Shown piece by piece: positions 48,275 to 56,645 of a stretch of 58,720 nt of DNA (position 1 is its first letter; the number at the start of each line of letters is the position of its first letter). This DNA is from an uncultured Thiotrichaceae bacterium (GTDB lineage: Bacteria > Pseudomonadota > Gammaproteobacteria > SZUA-229): NCBI GenBank assembly GCA_964466455.1, contig CAYXNL010000004.1:1-58720 (forward strand), read 5' to 3'. A model generated the notes under the pieces. That model did not search any database and had not been told where the DNA came from. It saw only the letters and a program-made list of their open reading frames with translations. The position numbers and the translations under genes were made by a program.

Positions 48275-49255
48275 ATGAACTCGCGCTGGCAGCCGACAGC
48301 AAGTTTGGCCGTACTGAAAAAACGAGCGCATCTGTTGCAGGAAATACGTGCTTTTTTTTCTGCTCGCGAGGTGATGGAAGTTGAAACACCTGTCTTATCT
48401 ACTTATGCAACCACCGATCCTCATCTGGATAGTTTACAAACGACAGTGGGTGATACCACCTGTTATCTGAATACCTCACCGGAATACTGTATGAAACGCC
48501 TGCTGGCCAGTCAGGCAATTGCGATCTACCAGATTATCAGAGTCTTTCGTGATGATGAATATGGCCGTTATCATAATCCTGAATTCACCATGTTGGAATG
48601 GTATCGTCCTGGCTATTCACTGACGCAACTTATGGATGAAGTAGAGGCGCTGATTAAAACCACCTCTGCCGGTCGGTTTTCGTCGCCGTGTTTTTCTCGC
48701 CTTAGTTACCAGCAAGCCTTTGAACAGTATGCCGGATTTAATCCACACAGGTGTAGCATGGCACAGTGCCGACAGGTAGTGCTGGATCACAATATTGAGA
48801 TTCCTGAGGGGATGTCCGCAGCACAGACTAGTCTGGATGACTGGCTGGACTGGATCCTGACGCAGTTGGTACTGCCTGCATTACCCGCGCAGCAGTTTGT
48901 TTTTTTATATGATTATCCTGCATCACAGGCATCGCTGGCAAAAATAGAAAAGACCGACATGGGGTACCCGTTAGCACGCCGGTTTGAATTACTCTATGGC
49001 GAACTGGAACTGGCGAATGCGTTTTATGAATTAACCGATGCCAATGAACAGGAGCAGCGCTTTAGACAGGAATGCCAACAGCGACAGATAGCAGGAAAAC
49101 CAGCTCCGGAGATGGACCAAAACCTGCTGGCGGCATTAGCACATGGCCTGGCAGAATGTTCAGGAGTGGCAATAGGTCTGGATCGCTTACTGATGGTGTT
49201 ATGCAACAGTCGGTCAATAGATGAAGTGCTGGCATTTCCGTGGCAACGGATCTGA
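48275..49255 (+). CDS. epmA: EF-P lysine aminoacylase EpmA (PoxA/GenX)
   Basis: TSPEYCMKRLL, HNPEFTMLEWY, GVAIGLDRL. Confidence 0.96.
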   Translation: MNSRWQPTASLAVLKKRAHLLQEIRAFFSAREVMEVETPVLSTYATTDPHLDSLQTTVGDTTCYLNTSPEYCMKRLLASQAIAIYQIIRVFRDDEYGRYHNPEFTMLEWYRPGYSLTQLMDEVEALIKTTSAGRFSSPCFSRLSYQQAFEQYAGFNPHRCSMAQCRQVVLDHNIEIPEGMSAAQTSLDDWLDWILTQLVLPALPAQQFVFLYDYPASQASLAKIEKTDMGYPLARRFELLYGELELANAFYELTDANEQEQRFRQECQQRQIAGKPAPEMDQNLLAALAHGLAECSGVAIGLDRLLMVLCNSRSIDEVLAFPWQRI

Positions 49256-49511
49256 AAGTAGTCGAGAGATTGCTCCTGAGAAAAGTATTCCGCGATGTTG
49301 CGGACAGGTAAAAAAAGCCAGTTTTATGCTGCGATTGTTGTCCCTGATCATTAAAATTGTGTTTTACAGTAGAATTTATTGAATAGATAGGGTAACTTCG
49401 CAGTAATTGTTTTTTGTAATGAATCTGGAAATGCCTTGCAATGATATAACCCACAGGGCATTTTTTCGAGTCAGTGCCTGCAATATATATTTGGCAATTA
49501 AATTTATGTAA

Positions 49512-50642
49512 ATGAACATGAAGGTAGCTTTCAGCATGTCGATTAGAAAAATAACAAAATATTCTCTTCTCCTTTTCTCTTTTATCTCGATTGTTGCACA
49601 GGCTGACAGTGTTATCACGGTGGGTGTCGCGCCCCATGGTGGTTATGTCATTCTCGGTGGTAGTGTGATTCCGTTAAAAGAGGTCACTCTTTCGGCACAA
49701 ATGCCTGGTCGAGTGGTATCAATTGCCGGGGATGAAGGGGACAGGTTTAAAGCGGGTACGGTTTTGCTCAAGCTGAATAACGAAGATTTACTGGCAAAGA
49801 AAACGGCCGTTGAAGCGCAACTGGCCTCGGCGAAAGATGCGGTACAGAATGCACGGGTGCAATATAACCGGGAATTATGGAGCCCGCGTGTTTATAACCC
49901 TCGTCCAATGTCGGGGATGGCGATGCCTTCCATGTTTGACAGTTTTTTTAACAGGAATAGTTTTTTTGGTGGTAATGGCAATAAAAGCATCGAGCGACAT
50001 GCAGATCTTGTTGGCCAGGGTTCACAGGTTGTGGCAGCCCGTTCACGGGTACGTGAGGTCGAATCAAAGTTGCGCGAAGTTGATGCCAAGCTACGTGATA
50101 CCGTTGCCATCGCACCATTTGACGGTATTATTATGAAAAAACAGGTTGAAATTGGTGACACCGTTCAGCCGGGGCAGCCATTACTGATTTTTTCCTATAT
50201 AAAATTTCTGCGTATTCGTGCGGATGTTCCCGCACGTTTAATGCCGGGGCTTAGAAAAGGCATGATAGTTCCCGCTATGCTGGATGTGGGTAATACACAG
50301 GTTAATGTTCGTGTTGCGCAGATTTCACCGGTAGCAGATAAAACACGCCATACAGTGACCGTCAAGTTTGATTTACCCGAGGGTGTTCCCGGTGGTGTGG
50401 GTACTTATGCAGAAGTAATGATCCCTGATGTTAATTCACCTATGCGTGCTCTGCCGGTTGTCCCTAATGCTGCAATACAGAGGAACGGCAGCCTGCCTTC
50501 CGTCATGGTACTCAATCATAATAATAAACCGGAAATGCGCTTGATTCGTATTGGTGAAAAAGTGGGTGAGGATAGCGTTACCGTGCTTTCAGGTTTGAAA
50601 CCCGGTGAGCGGATCCTTGTTCATGGCCATAATGGACAATAG
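49512..50642 (+). CDS. RND periplasmic adaptor (HlyD/MFP family) with hairpin-tip insertion
   Basis: Split lipoyl motifs (SAQMPGRV...GDRFKAG and APFDGII..VEIGDTVQPGQPL), coiled coil, cleavable signal AQA-D; start may be 49536. Confidence 0.92.
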   Translation: MNMKVAFSMSIRKITKYSLLLFSFISIVAQADSVITVGVAPHGGYVILGGSVIPLKEVTLSAQMPGRVVSIAGDEGDRFKAGTVLLKLNNEDLLAKKTAVEAQLASAKDAVQNARVQYNRELWSPRVYNPRPMSGMAMPSMFDSFFNRNSFFGGNGNKSIERHADLVGQGSQVVAARSRVREVESKLREVDAKLRDTVAIAPFDGIIMKKQVEIGDTVQPGQPLLIFSYIKFLRIRADVPARLMPGLRKGMIVPAMLDVGNTQVNVRVAQISPVADKTRHTVTVKFDLPEGVPGGVGTYAEVMIPDVNSPMRALPVVPNAAIQRNGSLPSVMVLNHNNKPEMRLIRIGEKVGEDSVTVLSGLKPGERILVHGHNGQ

Positions 50643-50725
50643 TTATCTGGTCTCAACTTCAGATAGTTGCAGGTGTTCGTGGCGGCAGGACGAACAGAGT
50701 TTAATGGTAAAAAATAATGACTAGT

Positions 50726-50764
50726 TTCTTATGACCGATTCTTATGACCGATTCTTATGACAGA
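50726..50764. repeat. 13-bp tandem repeat spanning the RND start codon
   Basis: TTCTTATGACCGA x2 plus TTCTTATGACAGA. Confidence 0.95.
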
Positions 50765-53700
50765 TAATAAAGAAAAAAAATCACTGGATGTTGTAGAAGA
50801 AAAGCTTAAATCCGTGCCAGGAGAGCCTGAAGCTGTGGAAAAAGAAGTGCATTTAGGTGTCGCGGGTAATGTTGCACGAATTTTTATCAGCTCACCATTA
50901 ACACCCATGCTTATCATTCTGTTTATTCTGATGGGCCTTGCGGGTATTGTTTTTACCCCGCGGCAGGAAGACCCACAGATAACCGTTCCAATGGTTGATA
51001 TTTTTGTCAGATATCCAGGTGCCTCTGCGCAGCAGGTCACTGCACTGGTGGCGAAACCACTGGAACGCATCATGAGTGAGATGAGTGGTGTGAAACACAT
51101 CTATGCTGCAGCGCAACGGGATTCGGCTATTGTTACTGTGCAGTTTAAGGTGGGGCAGAAGATGGGTCCCTCACTGACCAAGCTATACAGCAAACTCAAC
51201 TCCAATAAAGACAAGATGCCGCCGGGGGTTACCAGCTATATTGTTAAGCCAAAAGATATTAATGATGTTCCTGGACTGACCTTAACGCTCTGGTCTAACC
51301 AGGTGAACGATGCCTCATTGCGTCTGGTCGCACTGGATGTATTGCAGAAACTAAGTGAAGTACCCAATTCTAACCAGGGGTTTGTTGTCAGCGGGCGTAC
51401 CGAACAGTTGCGGGTAGAAGTTTTACCAGAGAAGCTGGCAGGCTATGGTATCACCTTGCAGCAGATAGCAAATACCATACGCCAGGCAAATAGTGAAGAA
51501 AGCGTGGGCAATATCGAAGCCTGGGATAAAAGCTTTAAGGTATATACCGGTTCTTTTCTGAGAACAGCGCAGGATGTTGAAAATGTTGTTGTAGGCATCA
51601 AGGATGGTCTCCCTGTATACATACGTGATGTTGCTAATGTTATTAACGGGCCGTCTGAAGTAACCAAACTGGTCACGCAATACACCGGGCCCGCCAGCAA
51701 GGAAAAAGAGGTTGCTAATGGGGCTCAGGCAGTAACGATTGCTATTGCCAAGAAAAAAGGTAGTAATGGTGTTTCTGTCTATAAAGCATTACTGGCAAAA
51801 GTTAACGCTATAAAAGGTGTCATTATTCCCGATAATGTTCATGTCTTTGTTTCTCGGGACTACGGGGTGACAGCAAATAACAAGGTAAATGAGCTGATCT
51901 TCAAGTTATTTGTCGCCACCGGTATTGTGACCCTGTTGATCTGGTATGCGCTGGGTTGGCGCCCTGCCGTGGTGGTGCTGATTGTTATCCCGATTGTTAT
52001 TCTGTTTACCGTATTCAGCGCGATGATATTGGGGCAGAGTATAAACAGAGTGAGTCTGTTCGCCCTGATTTTTTCCATTGGCATTCTGGTTGATGACGCG
52101 ATTGTGGTGATTGAAAATATCTATCGCCACTGGTTGATAAAAGGGGATATGAGTGAAAAAGTATCTATTGATGCAGTGCGGGAGGTAGGTAATCCAACTA
52201 TTCTGGCTACCTTCACGGTAATTGCAGCGCTGCTGCCAATGGGAGCGGTGCGCGGCATGATGGGGCCCTATATGCTGCCTATTCCCATATTAGGCACGGT
52301 CGCCATGCTGGTTTCACTATTTGCTGCTTTTGCGTTTACCCCGTGGCTGGCTAACAGGCTCAAACCCTCAATGGAGCAGTTGCGTAAATCGGAGGAAAAG
52401 GAACATCGAGCTAATGATCGACTGGCCAGATTTTTCAGGAGAATGATCTGTCCGCTGGTGGATAATAAAAAACTGGGTTATGGCTTTTTAATATCACTGT
52501 TTGTACTGTTCTTCGCCAGTTGTGCAATGTTTTATACAAAGGCTGTATCGGTAAAAATGCTGCCACTGGATAATAAGGCTGAATTTGATATTGTCATTAA
52601 TTTTCCTGAAGGCACATCCTTAATTGATACCGCTAATTTAGCAGCTACCCTGGCAGGTGAAGCGAGGAAATTTAAAAATGTTGTTGCATTGCAGTCCTAT
52701 GTAGGGACAGCTTCACCGTATGATTTCAACGGTCTGGTTCGTCATTATTATCTGCGTGATAAACCCTGGCAGGCAGATATTCAGGTTGAACTGACCGATA
52801 AGGATAAACGAGACGTTACCAGCCATCAAATTGTTGAGAAAATGCGTAAGGTTATGGCTCCTGTTGCGAAGGCCGCAGGTGCCCGCATACAAATGGTAGA
52901 GATGCCGCCGGGGCCGCCGGTGTTGCAATCTGTGGTGGCGATAATTTATGGACCGAATGCTAAAACACGCAGGAAATTTGCCCATGATATGACGCTTATG
53001 TTCGAAAAAGCGCCGAGTATTACTGATGTTGATAATTTAATGCAGGATCCGTATGAAATTTGGCGCTTTGAAGTGGATCGCGACAAGGCGTTGCGTGAAG
53101 GTATCAGTGTTGATGCCATTAATCAGACATTGGCTATGGCCGTCGGTGGCTACAGACTTGGTGATATTAAACGTGGCTCGGTGGTTGACCCTACCTATAT
53201 CGTGCTACAGGTACCTCAGTCGGTACGCTCCGAGTTCTCCAGACTGGGGACAATTCCGGTACAGGCCGCCAATGGAGCGCTGGTGCCATTGTCAGAACTG
53301 GGTACTTTTGTGAAGGGCATTGAACAGGATGTTATCTACCAGAAAGATTTGCGTAACGTTGAATTCGTGACCGGTGCCAGTGCAGGCAAGCTGGCTGCAC
53401 CAATATATGGCATGTTCCAGGTCGATGATATGCTCAAGAACTATATTGCGCCCGATGGCGTGAAGGTAGCCCATGGGTTTATTCACGGTGGTTATTTTGG
53501 GCCACCGGCTAACAGTAGAAAGTCAGCGTTTGAATGGGGTGGTGAGTGGACGGTGACGTATGAAACCTTCAGGGACATGGGGGGCGCATTTCTAATTGCC
53601 ATGGTGCTGATTTATATGCTGGTTGTGGTTGAGTTTAAAAATTACATTTTTGCCTCAATTATTATGGCACCGATCCCGCTGACACTTATTGGTATTATTC

Positions 53701-54854
53701 CGGGTCACTGGTTACTGAATGCGAGCTTTACCGCCACATCCATGATTGGCTGGATTGCGCTATCCGGCATTATTGTGCGTAACTCAATATTACTGGTGGA
53801 TTTCACCCGCCATGAAGTACTGCGAGGTATTGATGTACGTGATGCGGTCATTAACGCATGCCGTGCCAGAACACGTCCCATTCTGATTACCGCACTGGCA
53901 CTGGTTGGCGGCTCCAGTGTTATTCTGACTGACCCGATCTTCCAGGGGATGGCTATTTCCTTACTGTTCGGTGTTATTGTTTCAACGATATTAACCCTGT
54001 TTATTATTCCGTTGGGTTGTATCTCGGCTAAAAATGCCTTTGCAGTTTGCCCCGCTGGTTCAGTAAAAGCAACGGTAGAAGAAGAATATATTGATAGCCT
54101 GGAGCCGCCCTCATGTGAGTACAAAACACCGGTGTGGATGAGTGTTTATAGCGCTGTTGTCAGCGTCGTGAACTGGATCTTTGTTATTGTGAAAATGTTT
54201 TATAACCTGGTGCGGCTGCTTATTAGCGTAATCAGGGAAAAGCTTACTTCCAGTCATGCAACACCACCAACCGAGCCTGGAACGCCCGGTTCTTCGTCAC
54301 CCACCCCGGTACCCCCCGCACCACCCGTACCCTCTACGCCTGCGGCTTCTACAGACGTGCATTCTACGGTTAAGACTAAGACTGCGGAGTCAGATGCATC
54401 GGCGACAGCGTCCGTAGCTGATTTGGCTACAGAAAAAACAGAATCTACGGATATAAATCAGGAGAAAATAGCTAAGCCAGGCGTTAACCATGAGGTTGTA
54501 AAAAAAGCAATGGTTAAGAAAGCAATGGTTAAGAAAGCAATGGTTAAAAAGGGAATTGTTAAGAAGGAAACGGTTAAGAAAAAGGAAGGTAAAACAGTAC
54601 CGAAAAAGAGTGTGGTGAAGAAAAAAATATCGGTGAAAACATTACCGGTAAAGAAAACAACAGGCGAGAATAGTCCAGTTAAAAAAGGCCGGCCTGAAAA
54701 AGTTCCAGGTAGAAAAATAACGGTTAAGAAAGTACCGGCTAAAAAATCACCATCAGGCAAACGTAGAGGCATCCGCTTAAAAGTTGATAACGATCAGATG
54801 CCTGATAACCATAAGTCTGATAACCATAAGTCTGATAAAGATAGTGGAGAATAA
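50757..54854 (+). CDS. RND permease (AcrB/AcrD/AcrF-like) with about 280-aa C-terminal extension
   Basis: TM4 GILVDDAIVVIENI, TM10 GIIVRNSILLVDF (Arg at the AcrB K940 position), TM11 RTRPILITA; 1365 aa. Confidence 0.93.
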   Translation: MTDNKEKKSLDVVEEKLKSVPGEPEAVEKEVHLGVAGNVARIFISSPLTPMLIILFILMGLAGIVFTPRQEDPQITVPMVDIFVRYPGASAQQVTALVAKPLERIMSEMSGVKHIYAAAQRDSAIVTVQFKVGQKMGPSLTKLYSKLNSNKDKMPPGVTSYIVKPKDINDVPGLTLTLWSNQVNDASLRLVALDVLQKLSEVPNSNQGFVVSGRTEQLRVEVLPEKLAGYGITLQQIANTIRQANSEESVGNIEAWDKSFKVYTGSFLRTAQDVENVVVGIKDGLPVYIRDVANVINGPSEVTKLVTQYTGPASKEKEVANGAQAVTIAIAKKKGSNGVSVYKALLAKVNAIKGVIIPDNVHVFVSRDYGVTANNKVNELIFKLFVATGIVTLLIWYALGWRPAVVVLIVIPIVILFTVFSAMILGQSINRVSLFALIFSIGILVDDAIVVIENIYRHWLIKGDMSEKVSIDAVREVGNPTILATFTVIAALLPMGAVRGMMGPYMLPIPILGTVAMLVSLFAAFAFTPWLANRLKPSMEQLRKSEEKEHRANDRLARFFRRMICPLVDNKKLGYGFLISLFVLFFASCAMFYTKAVSVKMLPLDNKAEFDIVINFPEGTSLIDTANLAATLAGEARKFKNVVALQSYVGTASPYDFNGLVRHYYLRDKPWQADIQVELTDKDKRDVTSHQIVEKMRKVMAPVAKAAGARIQMVEMPPGPPVLQSVVAIIYGPNAKTRRKFAHDMTLMFEKAPSITDVDNLMQDPYEIWRFEVDRDKALREGISVDAINQTLAMAVGGYRLGDIKRGSVVDPTYIVLQVPQSVRSEFSRLGTIPVQAANGALVPLSELGTFVKGIEQDVIYQKDLRNVEFVTGASAGKLAAPIYGMFQVDDMLKNYIAPDGVKVAHGFIHGGYFGPPANSRKSAFEWGGEWTVTYETFRDMGGAFLIAMVLIYMLVVVEFKNYIFASIIMAPIPLTLIGIIPGHWLLNASFTATSMIGWIALSGIIVRNSILLVDFTRHEVLRGIDVRDAVINACRARTRPILITALALVGGSSVILTDPIFQGMAISLLFGVIVSTILTLFIIPLGCISAKNAFAVCPAGSVKATVEEEYIDSLEPPSCEYKTPVWMSVYSAVVSVVNWIFVIVKMFYNLVRLLISVIREKLTSSHATPPTEPGTPGSSSPTPVPPAPPVPSTPAASTDVHSTVKTKTAESDASATASVADLATEKTESTDINQEKIAKPGVNHEVVKKAMVKKAMVKKAMVKKGIVKKETVKKKEGKTVPKKSVVKKKISVKTLPVKKTTGENSPVKKGRPEKVPGRKITVKKVPAKKSPSGKRRGIRLKVDNDQMPDNHKSDNHKSDKDSGE
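54498..54587 (+). repeat. 15-bp coding repeat, VKKxx pentapeptides in the RND tail
   Basis: VKKAM x3, VKKGI, VKKET, VKKKE. Confidence 0.95.
54802..54838 (+). repeat. 15-bp tandem repeat (DNHKS) at the RND C-terminus
   Basis: CTGATAACCATAAGT x2 plus CTGATAA. Confidence 0.9.
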
Positions 54855-54858
54855 TTTA

Positions 54859-55584
54859 ATGTATGCTAAAGGTAAATTTCTGTCATTATCATGTCTTGTC
54901 TTAGCATTATTGCCTTCGGTTGTAATGGCGACACAGGAACAGGATAAAGCAGGTGCAGCACTGAAAGCGATTGATTCGACAAGGGCGGGGGCAGCGACGA
55001 CTCATACAGTTATAAAACCGGCGGGAACTAAAAATAGTGTTACCGTCAGAAGTGCCAGAAGTAATAATATGCCAATGAAATTTCCACCATGGCCGCCCCG
55101 GCAATCTTTTAACCATAACATGTTACCGCCTCCACCACCCGGGCCTTATATGTCTACGGCATTAAGTAATACGCCGACGAAAGTTCCAGTATCGAATCGA
55201 CCCGTGTATTTACCACCAGTAATGCACTCACCACCGGTAATGAATGAAGGTGCGGAGCCGATGGCAATGTTCAGTCCAGATCGGCCCTGGCCAGGTGATC
55301 GGGTAAGGCAATGGAAGCCTGAAAATGGCGGCTATCATTACGCCGGGTCTGCTTTTCCACCACAATATCCACCCGTTAAAGAAAATGGGTACCGCCCATA
55401 TCAACCAGCGCTGCCCCCGAGGTTTGTCAGGTCACCAGGTAGAATGCATACCAGGATGCCATCCAGCCGCCACAGGTACAATGGTTCGGCCATGATGCAA
55501 CCGGGTATGCCGCCACGGTTTCAACCACCGGCTTATCCTTCTGCACCACTTCAGCCATACCATCGTTCACAAACCGGATATTAA
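54859..55584 (+). CDS. Secreted proline-rich low-complexity protein
   Basis: GGAGA RBS 8 nt before ATG 54859; signal peptide ending VMA; LPPPPPGPYMSTAL, PDRPWP, many PP pairs. Confidence 0.78.
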   Translation: MYAKGKFLSLSCLVLALLPSVVMATQEQDKAGAALKAIDSTRAGAATTHTVIKPAGTKNSVTVRSARSNNMPMKFPPWPPRQSFNHNMLPPPPPGPYMSTALSNTPTKVPVSNRPVYLPPVMHSPPVMNEGAEPMAMFSPDRPWPGDRVRQWKPENGGYHYAGSAFPPQYPPVKENGYRPYQPALPPRFVRSPGRMHTRMPSSRHRYNGSAMMQPGMPPRFQPPAYPSAPLQPYHRSQTGY

Positions 55585-55589
55585 ATAGT

Positions 55590-56393
55590 TTGATGGGTAT
55601 ATCACGGTTTTTTTTGTTTTTTGTCGTATTTTTACTGTCACTAATGATGAACACTGCGGCAGTTGCGGGAGATCGTATTGCCGGACGTAGCGATCAGCGG
55701 ACTCGGCCATTGAATTCGGCAGAGTTTATTCTGGCGGCAACGGATAACCCATGGGTGCCGTCGCCAACACAACGGGCAGACGGCTTTCCTCATTACTATA
55801 ATGCAAAAAAAGATAACCCCTTCCAGCCTCAGCAAATGAACCGGTCACCGATTTATAACAGTAGAAATTCATCACATCCTTATTACAGATACCCGATGCA
55901 ACCACGTTATGTGACGCCAGCTATCCTGAAATCAATCAGAAAACAGCAAATGCGTGCACAGCAAATACTGCCATCATGGCAGCGATATCCATACCCATAC
56001 CAAAGATATCCATACCAAAAGCGTAATTACTGGCAATATAATCCATCACCTAACAGATATGGAAGAGGTGGTGATCGCGGCAATAGCCTTGGAAATAACC
56101 CTGGGAATAGCCCTGAAAATAGCCCCGAAAATAGCTATGGCAACTGGTCTGCGAACCCTGCATTACCGGTTAGTCCCGGTACCCTGCTGGATAAATCATT
56201 ATTAGATGGCAACGGGGGCTTGCCGCTTACCCCGGACATGACAGCAATAGAGGGTATTTCACCATTAAACGCCAATGAACCATTACCGCCTGAATTATCA
56301 GGGAATAATTATGACAGTTCGGGTCGTTATTTTGATCCCATGGCATTTAATCCCTCGTCAATGTTCGGTCCTTTTGATAATTTTGCGCGGTAG
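55590..56393 (+). CDS. Secreted Tyr/Pro/Asn/Gln/Arg-rich low-complexity protein
   Basis: Signal peptide ending AVA; QRYPYPYQRYPYQ; (G/E)NS(P/L/Y) repeats; 5 bp after the previous stop. Confidence 0.78.
   Translation: MMGISRFFLFFVVFLLSLMMNTAAVAGDRIAGRSDQRTRPLNSAEFILAATDNPWVPSPTQRADGFPHYYNAKKDNPFQPQQMNRSPIYNSRNSSHPYYRYPMQPRYVTPAILKSIRKQQMRAQQILPSWQRYPYPYQRYPYQKRNYWQYNPSPNRYGRGGDRGNSLGNNPGNSPENSPENSYGNWSANPALPVSPGTLLDKSLLDGNGGLPLTPDMTAIEGISPLNANEPLPPELSGNNYDSSGRYFDPMAFNPSSMFGPFDNFAR
56079..56138 (+). repeat. 12-bp coding repeat (GNSL GNNP GNSP ENSP ENSY)
   Basis: ggcaatagcctt ggaaataaccct gggaatagccct gaaaatagcccc gaaaatagctat. Confidence 0.9.
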
Positions 56394-56645
56394 TCTGTAA
56401 TGCCTGAACACTGCATAGCGGTGGTCGGCACATAGCGTATTTGGCTAATATACCAATCTTTATTAGTGTAATCATAAGGTTAAGTTATTAGCGTTCCTGT
56501 GAAATATTCGGGGTAAGTGGTAAAACACCCCGATCTTTCAGGTAAATAGCAGCGTCATATTGTCAGCTTATGCGCTTACGTTCATAGTGTAGAATAGTGT
56601 TGATGACATAACGATAATAAATGATTTTACAGGCAGGTAATTTTT

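Noticed and set aside
49425-49441. Sigma54-like CTGGAAATGCCTTGCA upstream of the adaptor
   Set aside because: GG-to-GC spacing is 9 nt, not the 10 nt strictly required.
54784-54858. Overlap of the Pro-rich ORF with the RND tail
   Set aside because: The RBS and signal peptide fit ATG 54859; the extension is just the DNHKS repeat read in another frame.
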